64,000 nt of DNA, taken from NCBI GenBank assembly GCA_964016885.1, contig OZ024740.1, positions 159,340,001 through 159,404,000 of the forward strand, written 5' to 3'. The position numbers and the translations under genes are program-made. Shown here piece after piece: positions 12,435 through 27,542 of the stretch. This stretch comes from Eledone cirrhosa (taxonomy: Eukaryota). Position 1 is the stretch's first letter; every line of letters begins with the position of its first letter. Under the pieces are notes generated by a model. It ran no database searches. It was not told the origin of the DNA and saw only the letters and a program-made list of their open reading frames with translations.

Positions 12435-13447
12435 ATATATCCTAATGGGAGACTGCAATGCATTGATCCGCTGACATGGAAAAGAGTGATTGGAAAGAAC
12501 GGCGATCCCGATCTAAATACGAAAGGAGAGGCTTTATCAGACTTCTGTTCTAACAATGGACTCTCTATTATGAACACCTTCTTCCATCATATAGACCTCC
12601 ATAAATATAAGGGGAATCGGGGACAGAGATCAATAATTGATTGTTATTCTCTCTGATCTCTTCGATTCTGTGCTGTTAAGAGAGGGGCTGAGCTGTCAAT
12701 TGATCATAATCTAGTTATCTGCAACTTGAGACTACCTAAAGCCAAAGAAGCCCACAAAGCCGGCAGGTCCAGGTCGACTTACAGGATAAAATAGGAAGCA
12801 ATGGTGGATATGACAGTCAGGACCAAGTATGCAGATACTATTGCATCTACATTCAGAGACCTTCCCGAGGAAAATGAAGACGGTGAAACGGAGTGGTGAT
12901 TGTTCAGTTCAGCAGTTTATGTTCCAGCTATTAAATGCCTCGGGCGAAAGAGGCTTGGTGTGGTCCCGGAGAGCGGCAAGGTCCCTTGTTTCAACCAAGG
13001 GGTTAAAGATGCAATCCGAGCAAAGAAGGAAGTCTACAAAGCTTGGCTTGGAAATTAGCCCTCCTTGCACTTGCGGTACTAACAGGCACTACGAATGGCA
13101 GCAGAGACAGTAAAGGTATCCAAAGTTGAACAGCGTGATTTTCGCCCCAGATGCAGCACACAGCCGACCAAATATTCACACTGTGGCAGGTCTTTGAAAA
13201 ATCGCGGGAGTACTGCCAAGAGGTATATTATTGCTTTGTAGACCTCGAAAGGGCATATGACTGCATTCCACGGGATCTGTTGTGGAAGGTTGTACATGAT
13301 TGATTGTGGAGCTTCTTGCTATGCCGATGTCTCTATAGGAATGAGTAAGTATTTGTGTTCGGATAAATGGTGCTTAATCGAAACCATTCAATGCGGGAGT
13401 CAGACTCCACCAAGGATGCATACTGCCTCCTCTCCTGTTCACAATCG

Positions 13448-13450
<3 letters not shown>
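12435..13450 (+). pseudogene. decayed, internally deleted RTE-clade LINE (APE endonuclease C-terminus plus RT pieces)
   Basis: Peptides ILMGDCNA, GLSIMNTFFHH, KRGAELSIDHNLV, FVDLERAYD and LHQGCILPPLLF, with many stops and frameshifts. Confidence 0.8.
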
Positions 13451-13499
<49 letters not shown>

Positions 13500-13507
<8 letters not shown>

Positions 13508-13669
13508 ATACTTTAGGAGGGTCATGTTGCCAATAAGAAACACACGCACCAGTTGCTTTCACTCCAATTTATTATAAATTAAACATTTTTTTCTAAAAGT
13601 ATAACAATATCGGTTTTAACACACGTTTTCAGATAAAGAATCTTGCTAAACAAATTCAGAAACGAAATA
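13500..13669. mobile_element. family N mini inverted remnant (short end left, long end right)
   Basis: 13500-13580 is the reverse complement of the pLTR ending at aagtataacaata. 13596-13669 is the tail ending at aaacgaaata. Confidence 0.85.
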
Positions 13670-13799
13670 TATTAATATATATAAATATATATTTAATCAC
13701 CGTGTAAGGAATAAACTTTGTTGATATGAGTCTTGATTTCTCCATCGTAAATTTCTGTTTATATATATATTTATAAATAATACATGTATTTATAGATAT

Positions 13800-13840
<41 letters not shown>

Positions 13841-13844
13841 TATG

Positions 13845-15060
<1,216 letters not shown>

Positions 15061-15141
15061 TATATATATATATATATCCGGAATAAATTTAATTAAATTA
15101 AATTAAAGGAGTCATGTCCGAGACATGCGCCATATCCACTG

Positions 15142-15289
<148 letters not shown>

Positions 15290-15696
15290 AATATATATAT
15301 ATATATATCCGAAATAAATTAATTAAATTAAAGGAGTCATGTAGGATAAGCTCAAATTTTCCAATGAATAGATCTAAGCATTTTATATCAACTAGAAATT
15401 GATTGACATATATATATTTAAAATAAACACATGAAACAATCACAGGGAATAATTTGTAAATTGTGTAATCACACACAGCCAGGTAGGTAACTAATTAAAG
15501 TTTAACTAGATCTTCAAATATTACCTTTTAAAAAATGATTAATCCTCCTTCTATATATTTCATTAAAGAAATATATTTCACCTAAAATCTGTAAAGTCAC
15601 AGTAGTTAAATCTTAGATCATCAGCAAGGAGGAAGAAATATCTGTCTGTGTTTACTCATCAAATGCACGTGCTGCAATATATATATATAGATAGAT

Positions 15697-16007
15697 ATGT
15701 AAAAGGTAAACAGAAATAACAACACAATCGGTACAGAATATGAAGGGATATATTAGGTTAACGCTTAGCAGGAAGAGTGTCTTAACGTTTCGGTCGCTAG
15801 TCCTTCATCAGAAGAAAGAATGAGAAATAAGATAGATTGAGGGGACGGGCAGGTTGGAATTGGTGTTTGCTACTACTATTGTTTACTCTCCTCCTCCTCT
15901 TCCACCTCCTCCTCCACCACGAACTATAAGAAAACAACAAAACAAAGAAACCAAGTCCCCAGTTGAAGTATATATATATAAAAGTATGTCGAGTTATGTT
16001 TTGCAAA
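15697..16007 (-). mobile_element. hammerhead-bearing pLTR-like element, family H4
   Basis: Homologous to 54800-55030 in the opposite orientation. Confidence 0.75.
15780..15815 (-). ncRNA. minimal type I hammerhead ribozyme
   Basis: Minus strand reads tctt CTGATGA aggactagcgacc GAAA cg TT aaga. The copy at 54906-54941 has intact stem II ggac-tagc-gtcc but core cagatga. Confidence 0.75.
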
Positions 16008-16491
16008 CAATCATCAATTGTTATTAAATTTTATAACATTACTTATTTTCGTCTAAGTTGTGATATTGTTATTAGAATCAGATAAACAACTATTCAGGAT
16101 ATATTTTCTTGGGAGCAGAGAAGCAACACAACAATTATTTATTGGTAACACTCTTAACAATTTCTTTATAACAAATGGTTTAGAAAACGCGTATTAAGAA
16201 CAAGTAATAATACTAAAAACATTGAATATATCACAATTTTACTCTTGTGTAATGGTTTGCATTATACTGCTTGTCAGAAGTGCGGTGGGTTGGCAGTGTG
16301 GATTCCGGAGGCTGAGTGTGTATATGTGGGGATGCGCACGTGTGTGTTTGTGTTTATATGTGGTGTGGATGTAGGTGTCGTGGTTCGAAGAAAAATGTGA
16401 GTGTTTGTTCATGGGTAAGTTCCTAAGGTAGTTCCGTGGATTGTGCGATGAGATGTTGGATATTTTCATGTTATAGAGTTGATAGCTGGAA

Positions 16492-16560
<69 letters not shown>

Positions 16561-16561
16561 C

Positions 16562-17392
16562 AAAATTAGTCCCTCATCAGTGATTTGCCAACGATCATTG
16601 GTATTTCATCGCATTAAAAAAGATATACCTCACGTTGGTGCGAGCAATAACTAAAATAAGCTATTGGGACAAGTGAAATGGGTAAAGCGAGTGAGACAAG
16701 TAAACAACATCGAAGAAAGGCTAATCGTTTTCATATATTTACCTAAACTGCGATTTTCTGTTTCTCTCTTTCTCTCTTACTGCTCCCTCGTTCTCTCTGT
16801 TTCTCTTACCTTCTTTCGTCCCCTCTGTCAGTTAACACTTTCTCTCGAGGGACCTCTTCCTCGCACTTCCACTCACTCACTCTCTGTTTCTCCCCTTCTC
16901 ACTTCCTCCCGTTCGCTAGGAGTCGGATCTTTCTTTCTCACATCCCATTCACAGCGAAAGGTCTGTTTGCTAAGCGCTCATGAATTCACCCAGCTTACGC
17001 TGATCGAATAACCATGTTGCTTGTTTTCTTCCCATCTTCGGTTAGCCTTTCTTTGATGTTGTTTACTTGTCTCACTCGCTTTACGCGTTTCACTTATCCC
17101 AATAGCTTATTTTAGTTATTGCTCGCACCAACGTGAGGTATATGATTTTTAATGCGATGAAATACCAATGATCGTTGGCAAATCACTGATGAGGGACTAA
17201 TTTTATAATATGTAATCCATGTGCCTCATCAGTGATTTGCCAACGATCATTGGTATTTCATCGCATTAAAAATCATATACCTCACGTTGGTGCGAGCAAT
17301 AACTAAAATAAGCTATTGGGACAAGTGAAACGCGTAAAGCGAGTGAGACAAGTAAACAACATCGAAGAAAGGCTAACCGAAGATGGGAAGAA

Positions 17393-17396
<4 letters not shown>
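16562..17396. repeat. three-armed inverted/direct repeat element containing CTGATGA half-ribozymes
   Basis: Arm 16562-16717 and arm 17224-17396 are direct; arm 17022-17204 is inverted. Flanked by (TA)n. Confidence 0.8.
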
Positions 17397-17455
<59 letters not shown>

Positions 17456-17652
17456 GCTTCTCATCAATCCGTTACTTTGTTGAAAAACTGCACTTTCTAG
17501 CATTATTTTAATAGAAAGTGAAATTAAAAGTAACTTCCGAAAATATTTACAAGTGAATAAGTAATCTTTTGGGAAAACCTACTTCTTGCATCAGCTTTAT
17601 TTGTGCTACAGATACCATATAATTACTGATTTGCGCGCGCGTGTGTGTGTGT

Positions 17653-17691
<39 letters not shown>

Positions 17692-17736
17692 TGTGGGTGT
17701 GGGTGTGCGTGTGTGTGTGTGTGGGCGTGTGTGCGC

Positions 17737-17793
<57 letters not shown>

Positions 17794-17871
17794 GTTATTG
17801 TAAGGTTGCAATAAAGGCGACCGTAGGCGGTATGCCGTTTGAGCACTCGATGCTCACGCGGAACAGAGTAT

Positions 17872-18150
17872 ATTATTATAGATAACGAGGAATCAGTGAT
17901 GCATCAAAACACAATTTATTAACATATTACATATGTTTCGCCGACGATCAGCTCAAGGTAGGATCTATTATAGATCAAACTTGAGTCGGATGAAATGCCT
18001 TGAAAACGATAAACATATCTGAGGATCTTGTGAATGCAGAGTCAGGTTTGATCTATAACAGATCCTACCTTGAGCTGATCGTCGGAGAAACATATGTAAT
18101 ATGTAAATAAATTGTTTTAATGCATCACTGATTCCTCGTTATCTATAATA
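17872..18150. mobile_element. hairpin mini-element, family H5
   Basis: Arms 17872-17985 and 18040-18150. Full hammerhead on the + strand; the left arm starts inside stem II. Confidence 0.85.
18013..18104 (+). ncRNA. type I hammerhead ribozyme with extended stem II
   Basis: acatat CTGAGGA [61 nt] GAAA catatg TA atatgt. Confidence 0.85.
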
Positions 18151-18648
18151 TATATATATATGGTATTAGCATTGGTGCTCTGAAATAGCGATGTATACAT
18201 GAATGTATGTATAGTATATTTAGCAATATACCGTATGTTTAATTAAAAACATTTAGAAGACCATTGGCCATGAGTTTTAAAAAGATGTAATCGAAAATGC
18301 AACTGGAGTCTTATTTTTAAAAAAATATATATATTTATTTGGTTCCTTTACCGGTTTCGCAGTTCTTCTCGATTTTCGATTTCATCTTTTTTTCTTTATA
18401 CTTTCACTCGTGTAGGACACCTCGGTTATTTTTCATTTTGTAAAAAACCCTCACTTTCTAATATATGTATATATATATATATATATACAGTATTTTCCGT
18501 AGTGTTGTAATATAAATATTACACACAGTAGATGGACAGCTCACGTAGAGTTTGCTCGACGGTTCCAGTTGTAGTTCCAAAAGTAATCCGGAGAAAAATA
18601 GAAGGATTTAAATGGATACAGTTTAGTTAAAAGGACACGTGTTTCAAT

Positions 18649-20830
18649 ATGAACTCACCATCAGAAAGTGGTGTAAACAACAAATTTGGTTTTAGAACGT
18701 GTAAAAACCCACCCACTAACCCACTATTAGATGCATTTGAGCAGGACTTTATGGACTTAATCCTTAAAATTAAATTCAAAGGACGTAACACCAACAACAA
18801 ATTAGAGAAAGATATTAAAAAACTACTGGACGACCTTAAAAACACCAAAGGAGTTGTAGTAAAAGCGGACAAAACATCAAACCTGTATACTATGGACTGC
18901 ACTACATACAACAACTTCATTCGAAAAGAATTACATAAAAAATATATAAAAACGAATGAAGTAACTCTTAAGCACATCAATGATGAGGCATGCGAAATAG
19001 TGAAAAATCTTGGACTCGAAGATAGGACGGGGACCACTCTTACCGGCGGTACCCACCTTCAATCTTAAGGACCATAAGGTAAACTTTGATAATGACCCTA
19101 AAATTAGATTAATCTGCCCCTTTAAATCAGATATAGGTAAAATAAGCAAATATATCTTAGATAGAATCATCCCCCAAATTAAGGCTAAGGTTAACATTAA
19201 ACTCTGGGGGAAGATCCAAGAAGCAATAAGATGGTTTAATAGCATTAGCAATAAGAATAAATCTAAGTTTATCCAGTTTGATATCGACGAATATTACTCA
19301 TCGATATCACCTGAAACTTTGAATAGAGCCATTAAGTTTGCTAAGGATAACTCTGACCTTACAAACGATGAAATTAAGATTATATTAGAAGCTAGGAAAA
19401 CTATAGTCAAATTTGAGAACAGTTATTGGGTTCGTAAAGATAGACCCTCTAACTTTGACATAACAATGGGCTCTAATGATTCGGCGGAAATAACTGATAT
19501 TGTGGGGTTATTTATCGCCTTTAGACTCAACGAAAAATTCAGCAATCTCCACAGCGGAATATACCGCGACGATGTTCTCCTCCTAGTTAAAAACCTAAAT
19601 AACCAAAAACTAGAAAAACTACGCAAAGATATAAGAAAACTACTACTCGAAATAGGACTAACTATAACATATGAATACAACCTTAAAGTAGTTAACTTCC
19701 TGGATGTCACACTCAATTTAAACTCTGGTCTGATTAAACCGTTTCATAAATTGAATGAAAATCTCAAGTACGTAAATGTTGGGTGTAACCACCCCATCTC
19801 TATAATTAAATCTATCCCTAAAAATATTTCCCTTAGAATCTCGAGTCTATCTTCTAACATACAAGTATTTTAGGAACACGCCGAGTACTACGATAACGCC
19901 CTTAGTAAAGCAGGCTACCTCAACAAAATAGAGTATATAGATGAGAACAATCAAAACACCCAAAATAAATCCCACATAGGTAGATATAATAACACAACAC
20001 CAAACAACACTTACTACCATAGTATACACACCAGTAAACCAACAAACAAAACTAATAGAAAGCGATGCAAAGAGTACTTATGGTATAACCCTGAATACAA
20101 TAGTTCCATTAGTACAAATTTACCAGTACTCTTCTTTAAAATAATTAAGAGACATTTTCCTACATCACACAAATACCACAAAATCCTAAACCCTACCGCT
20201 ATAAGACTGTCATACTCTACAGCGTTAAACCTTGAACAACACATAAAAAAGATCAATACTAGAAGGTTAAACGAAAACACTAAAAACTTAAGTACAAAGA
20301 ACACAAAAAAAACAGTAGACAATACACTACAGAACATAAATAAACCACACCTAAGTTCGTCCGCAATACTACTCCAGAGAAAACCCAACGTACACAACTG
20401 TAACTGCACCTATCCTGACAACTGCCCCCTCGGCAATAACTGCCTGGAAAAAAATATTATTTATAAGTGTACCATTAAATCCGGAGGCAACGAGTGGTAT
20501 TACATGGGATCAACGGCAACATCGTTTAAATCTCGATTGTATAGGCATTCTTACTCAATAAAACACCAGAGCCAAAGAAATGTAACAACTTTAGCAGAAA
20601 AAGCGTGGACGCTCAGGGATAGCGATCAAAAGTTTACCCTAAAATGGGAGAAATTAGCTAAAACCCAAAGCTTTTCCAGGAGCCAAAATTTCTGCAAATT
20701 GTATAATCTTGAGATTTATTACATAATCACACACAAGAAGAAATTGCTGAATAACTGAATTGAACGAACATTATTCTGCCGTCACCGAACTAAAACCCTC
20801 TTTTCCCACTACAAGCTGAATATTACATAA
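18649..20830 (+). pseudogene. PLE reverse transcriptase / GIY-YIG endonuclease ORF (frameshift near 19040, stops at 19871 and 20756)
   Basis: VKADKT, FIQFDIDEYYSSIS, FDITMGSNDSAE, GIYRDD, FLDVTL, WYNP, CNC..CPL..C..IIYKC...YYMGST..FK.R..H. Confidence 0.92.
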
Positions 20831-21107
20831 AAGAGGGACATCCCCCCAACTATATAAACCTCAATCTAGTTAGAAAAATATAAAAACAATCTCTTCTCAA
20901 CATATATATGTATATTAATAACCTTAAATTACCACACTAATAATGGAAAGATATGCTGATGAGAATAGGTGCAAATGTGCTATAATGAATGTGTCTAAAA
21001 GCGACCATATGTATGTATATATATGTGAAAATGTATATAAATAAGTAAATATATATATATATGTTTGATGTGTATAGTTAGATGTAAGTGTATTCATGTA
21101 TTAAAGT

Positions 21108-21154
<47 letters not shown>

Positions 21155-21673
21155 GACTGGAGTATGTATGTATATATGTGTGTGTCTATACGTGTGTATA
21201 TAAAGATAAGTTGAGTATGAAAATGTATACACATGGATACGTATGTATGTACATGTATATATGTGTATATATATGTATATATGTGTGCATGTGTATATGT
21301 ATGTAAGTATGGGCATGTAAGTATGTGTATGTGAGTATATGTATTTTGTAGAGGTGTGCATATATGTTTGTGTGTGAATGCGTGGGCGAAAGGATACTTA
21401 CACTTGAAAGATAAATTTAAGTCTGAATGTTAATTAAGTGCAAACACAAAACCAACCATGCATATCTATACTATCTCTAATCCTTCTATAGATTTAGAAA
21501 AATAACCAATAATATATTCTATAAAAATGTCAAAACAACAGATGGGAATCTAATTACTCACTGCCACCAAAAATTCTCACTGCTATCAAAAAACCACTCC
21601 CTCAACTATTCTTCTAACAACTTCACCTCTCCCTCCTAATATTCTCTATAAAAACCAAACAGGTCCTCAGTAA

Positions 21674-21799
21674 AATTATTCTGATGAAATGACAGTTGAT
21701 AATAACATTGAAATATTGAATGTCTGCATAACTAATACTTTGTAGATAGCAGCTGTTTTCAGGTTATGTAACTGTTATTGAAACACGTGTCAATAAATT
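21674..21799 (+). ncRNA. type I hammerhead ribozyme with a large stem II insertion
   Basis: aattatt CTGATGA aatgacagtt [~70 nt] aactgttatt GAAA cacgtg TC aataaatt. Confidence 0.85.
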
Positions 21800-21830
21800 C
21801 CTTTTAACTAAACTGTATCCATTTAAATCC

Positions 21831-21882
<52 letters not shown>

Positions 21883-22909
21883 TGAAAAACGGAAAGAAAC
21901 TGCAATTAAAGTAATGTGCTCAATACATCAGGTAGAGTGGTTACTTTATTTGACTAGTTCTGTGGCTTTCTGTGATGTAACAAAACAATTCAAGTAAAAT
22001 TGACCTCTGAATAATATCGTACATATAGACACTGATATAAATGAAAACGTAAACATCGCTGGAATGTTGGTACTTGTGTTGTCCGAGTGAAACAGGCATG
22101 CCTTTCTTCGCACTCCCGTCCATCGTAAAATTCAGTGGACTGGTGATTGTCTCGTTTGGGCATCTCTAACTAACGTTCACAAAATGAAATATAAAGTTAA
22201 CAAATACTTAAATAAACAAATAAATCTTGACAATTGACTTAATTATCTGGTAACAGGATGTTTATAGTATTGAACCTGCTCAGAGCTGCCGATTTAAATG
22301 AAAGCTTTTCAACATGCTTTTATTAAAAAACTGTTTGCTAAAAATGCTATTTTAAAAACACAATAATTAATAGTTTTAGGAATCTTTCAAAATTATTAAC
22401 TAATTAATTGAAATACACGGTATGTCATTAGAGAGGCGGTGAATTTGCAGTGTCGTTAGAACGGCGGATAGAATGTTTTGCGATATTCGTTCCAGCTTTC
22501 TAAGTTCAAATCCAGCCGAGGTCAACTTTATCTGTTATCATTTCGAATTCAATGAAAAAAAAAAAAAAATACCTGTCCAGCACGGATTATTTTTCTCTCT
22601 CTCTCTCTCTCTCTCTCTTCTCTTTCACTTCATCTCCACTTATCTCTCTCCTTCTCTGGAAGAAATTGTTTTCCTTTTGACCTGGAGAGGGTATGGACTC
22701 TGCTGGGTTTAAAGTACCCAAGCCCCACCGTATGTCATAACGGTGTCCCTACGACTCCATCAGAAGTTTCAAGTAAAAAAAAGTATGTTATTAGAAATAT
22801 GGTAATTAAGTGGTTAGATCGATTTCATGTAAATAAAGGCTTTTGTTTTTGTTTTGAAATTAATTTCTCCCTATATTGTTAATTATTTAGTTAATATATA
22901 GTTACAGTG

Positions 22910-23045
22910 AGGGTGAGTGGCTGAGTAGTTAGAGAATTGGATTCGTAATCATGAGGTTGTGAGTTCAATTCATGGACTGTGTGATGTGTTATGTCCTTGA
23001 GCAAGACACTTTATTATTGTTGCTCCTTCTACCCAGAGTTGCGAT
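22910..23045 (+). mobile_element. tRNA-derived SINE family B (CORE-like), degenerate
   Basis: tggctgagtagttag...gagttcaattc...ccttgagcaagacacttta, similar to 40709-40945. Confidence 0.7.
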
Positions 23046-23920
23046 GGATAGTTAGTATTAGCAATTCGAAAGACCAACTGAAACATTGTTTCGGTCCAAT
23101 TTGACGAAAGTCGATAGACTGTCGATAATTATAGTCGTTTACGCGTCAGATTAAATGCCTTTCAGTATCTGTTCCGGCAATATGCATTCTGTGCTCAAAA
23201 TCTTGCCAACTGTCAGGAAAAATGGTGACATCCTGATAGAACATGAAATCTATTATTAAAACTCAAGAAATTTCGGACGAGATGAAATCTCGAGCTAAGC
23301 CTACACAGGGGTGAGTCTTAACAACAAGTATTACTATGTATATGTGTGCATACATACATAAACACACACGCACTTGCACACACACACACACACGCACACG
23401 CACACACTCTCACACAGGCACACACTTGCACACAAGCGCTCATGCGTGCTTTAATACACCTATCCACTGTCAAATCTACTTTGTTCGCTTTCACACGTAC
23501 GTTCACACACACCTCTCGAGGTTCCTACGGCTTTGTTGCGGTCTGAAACACACATCTCCACAGCTTTCCAGAAACCAACAACAACTAGACACCTCTACAC
23601 TTACACTCACAGCTCTGTACGGACTAACAAAAACATCCACACACACATATGCACACATTCACACTCACACACACTTATACTCATACATGTCCATTCTAAA
23701 TACAAAAAGATTTTTTTCCTTTTCAGCACGATATAGGACGTTTTGGTCCCAGCCTTTCAAAAGACGGCCAACTGAGCTACCTACACCATAAACGCTCCTA
23801 TCAACAGTTTTCCAAGAGATGGCGAAATGAACAGGCTTGCTTTTTCTCGAAGAAACTTTTTCGTTTCTGCCCTTGTTCACACTCCTCTATTTTTCTATTT
23901 CTTCTTTAATTTCTGATTCT

Positions 23921-23960
23921 ATTTTCGGATGAAGGACTAGTGTCTAAAACGTCAAGACTT
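23921..23960 (+). ncRNA. degenerate hammerhead related to family H4
   Basis: tttt cggatga aggactagtgtct aaaa cg TC aaga. Confidence 0.5.
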
Positions 23961-25842
23961 TGCTTACAATATTAAGCGTGAAACTTATATATATCTTCAT
24001 TGTACTTCATCGTCTGTTGCGTTTTTTCCGTTTATGTTCACCACACACGCGCGCACACACACATACACACACACACACACACACATATACATATAAATAT
24101 GTATACATACATACACGGATAAGACAAAGTTCTCTAACACGAAAATACTGAGATGCAACCTCACACATACGTCGAGGTGTTTCAGCTGTAACAACAAAAA
24201 TACAATACCACATCTATTTTAGCATTTTAAAAATTTATCGATTTAATAATTATAAGCAATTTATCTATCAGCCCTGGCATAACTTTAAATTGAGAACAAT
24301 GACATACTCATCTTAGACTAACCCGAATTCAATGAAAGTCGAATGGTAAACAGAAGATTCTGTCAGAGAATTCAAAATTGCCAATCAATGGAATACGTAA
24401 GAAATATTATGCACAATCGGCTTAGTGAGCGTAGCTCGGAAGCAGTATACTTAATCATATATGGAGAGTTATAACAGTTCATAAAGCCGATATTTATCAG
24501 TAACTTCAGAAGGGATTTAGCATATGGAAGACAAATCTTCGCTACTATTAATCCCTCTGATATAACTTGTTTATTTCAAGATGAAGTATCGGTTTTTGTT
24601 TATATTCAAAGCCGTGGTAAAATAAGACCTGTAGAACTAAGTGATTTCTTCAAGGAAAAGAATAACCGCTGTAGTTTCTCCAAACATTTATATATTATTT
24701 GTGATTCTATCCTTACGCGGAAAGGTCAAGGATTCTGTTATCGCTAGACAAAAGAGATGCACCTTATCTTTTTCCAGGGTCTCCGTGACTGCCAACAGGG
24801 ATGACAGTAGGAAGGCAGGTATCCTCAAATCGGGGACTTCGCCTGAATGTTTGTCATAAAATGGATATCGCTAAATACAAACAAGAGCTGGGTGGCCGAT
24901 AAAGTTTACCACCCACGTAGTCTACGGCAGGGTTTGAACTCAGATCACATACAGCCGGAATAAACCCGACACTCCAATAATTACCTTAGACTACTATCAT
25001 AATTTCATGAAAGCCGAAGGTATGACAGGTAAAGTTGACCTCGGTGGGAATGGAATTCAGACGGCCAAAGGTTAGAGTGTATATCGTAAGTCATTTCGCC
25101 CGATGCTGAAACTCTTAAGTCATTTCGCCACCTTTTATGATTTTCTTGTTTTGCAAAATCTATTTGAGCCCATTTTGTTTGACCCAAGGATTGTCCACTA
25201 ACAAAAAAGGGTCAAACTATAAATTACATTGGCCCTCCACGCAAAGGTTTGTGGAGGAAGATACAACACATGTCTGTCATTTAGCCTACCCACAATCTAT
25301 ATATATATTAGTTATTTATTTACTAGCTGAAATACAAACCTATGTGCGGTTCTTGCTAGTGTCAGTATGTGTGTGTTTGTGTGTGTGTGTGTTTCTTAAA
25401 GTATCTATCAATATGTGCAAATGTAGGAAAAGGTAAAATTACATTGTTGACATGAAAATGATACGAACCCCCTACCGACCGACAGTGGTGGGTGATAAAA
25501 ACAGTACCAGTGCAGTACTGGGTTCGATTTTTCCTCTATATCTCTTTCTCACTTCCTTTCCTTTTATGGAAAAAACGGCTGTGTTCATACCTGGAAAGGA
25601 ACGAACTCCATCGGGTTTAAATGCCATATGTAACTACGGTGCCCTTACAGTGACATGAGGATTTACGGCTCCATACATGCATACATTACTGATGTATTTT
25701 TTAAAAATTATATTTGTTTATCGCAATTGGTGAACAATAACTTCATGGGTTACAGATTTGCAACGGGTCAATGAATAAATTCACTATATTTCTGAGTACG
25801 AGATTGACAAGGAAGTGTTATTATAACTCAATGCAGAATATA

Positions 25843-25943
25843 CGGGGTGTTCCCCCAAAATGTATACACACTTCAACATCATTGTAATAAATATTGCCTG
25901 TACAGGTAATCAAAGGGTGTATACAGTTTTGGGGGGCACCCTG
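25843..25943. mobile_element. Tc1/mariner-type MITE
   Basis: TIRs cggggtgttcccccaaaatgtatacac / gtgtatacagttttggggggcaccctg, flanked by TA on both sides. Confidence 0.75.
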
Positions 25944-27197
25944 TATATTTATGGACATAATTTCTTTTTTCTTTTCAGTTTTTCGCTTTGCATTTTTACC
26001 CATCACCGAAAGTTACACACAAACGCGCTCACATGCACACACATATACTCATTCACACAGAGTTTTGCCTCAGTATTGTCTTATTCTATTACGTTTATAT
26101 TATTTCTGTTAACTTTGCCTTTCATCCTTACGGGGTCGATAAAATAAAGTACCAGTAATGTACTGGGTAATTGCTGGCCTTGTGCCTAAAACAGAAACAA
26201 TTATTTCTATTCTTTCAACTAAATATCTTGTCAACCACCTTATACTAAATACTTTATATTTTACGTTATACAGTTTTAAACCTTAGAATGCCAATTGTAA
26301 TCAGTTTGTTCTGACCTGCCTGCATCTTATAATAAAACCAGTGATCGTGTGAAAATGGGGTGACGTGAGACACGACGTAATGACGAAGTAAAATCTTACT
26401 TAATAATTTATATCACCTAAAAAAATATTATCATAAATTATATCAGAACTGATCACCTATTCATATTACACCATGAAAATGACTACCAACATTAATTCCA
26501 CGAGCAGGCTGTTCTGTTATTCCATCAACTAGAACCCTTGTCGTCGGAAGCAACGTATGTCTAACAACAACAATAATAAATACTGTAGTATTTTTCAAAA
26601 GAGAAGGGTACTATTACGAAAATAACAACAACAATAATAATAATTATAATAATAGATCTAACTCTAATTCTTTTCTTCGAATGTGGCTTAAACATTTTTA
26701 ACAGACATTTTCTGAAATTATAGAGGATTTATTGAGCGTCTCTGTAATTTTAATCGGCCATCACTTAGAGTTTTACATTCTCATTATTTTTGTTTTGTTT
26801 TTGATTCTTTGATTTCATACAGCAAAACCATAACAGTTTGATTCAAGCTTGTAATTAAGTAAAATATTATTATATAAAGTAATCAGTTATTTTTATTTTT
26901 GGTTGGACTTTTCTGTTGTTCGTTTTCGTCATTCGTTACTGTGCTGTGTGTTTGTTTGGTTGGTCCGTGGACTTGTGGGTTGGTTGGTTAGTCGGTTACT
27001 CTTTATTTTTAATTTCGTTTCGTTTCGCTTTGCATTTTGGTAATTTTTTTTTTTTAATCTTGGGTTCGCTTTCTCTTTTACTTTTTTCTTTACCTTTCTT
27101 TTTTTTCCTTTCCCAAATTAAAACAAATATTTTTACCGACCATCAAAACATTTCAGCATATTTGCTGCTCTGACTTAATGAATCTAGGTGGCCTTGT

Positions 27198-27234
<37 letters not shown>

Positions 27235-27237
<3 letters not shown>

Positions 27238-27419
27238 CAAATGGACTAGATGGACCATAACGCACCAGAGTACTCAATACTTAGGGTAGTAGAGTGGGAA
27301 ATAGGAAAAAGTAAGACCCCGACGGCAGAGCTCAAGCCGTTTCGACGGCTATTACTGGAGTCCAGAAATAGCCGTCGAAACGGCTTGAGCTCTGCCGTCG
27401 GAGTCTTACTTTTTCCTAT
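27235..27419. mobile_element. hairpin mini-element, family H1
   Basis: Arms 27301-27359 and 27361-27419, apex tgga-g-tcca. Lies in (TA)n. Confidence 0.8.
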
Positions 27420-27511
27420 ATATATATATGTGTGCGTGTACTGTTGACCATGTTATTCTTCACTCTTTCACTATATATATATATGTGTGTGTGTGTGTGT
27501 ATGTTTGTGTG

Positions 27512-27542
<31 letters not shown>

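Larger units (their letters stand above)
18488..21835 (+). mobile_element. 5'-truncated Penelope-like element with inverted 3'-end copy at its 5' junction
   Basis: RT plus GIY-YIG pseudo-ORF, ~1 kb 3' UTR and hammerhead. 18599-18649 is the reverse complement of 21776-21835. (TA)n on both sides. Confidence 0.92.

Noticed and set aside
20756-20758. In-frame TGA near the end of the PLE ORF as recoding
   Set aside because: It falls at the Arg position of the LN.R.E motif, so CGA>TGA decay is likely, and the ORF has other lesions.
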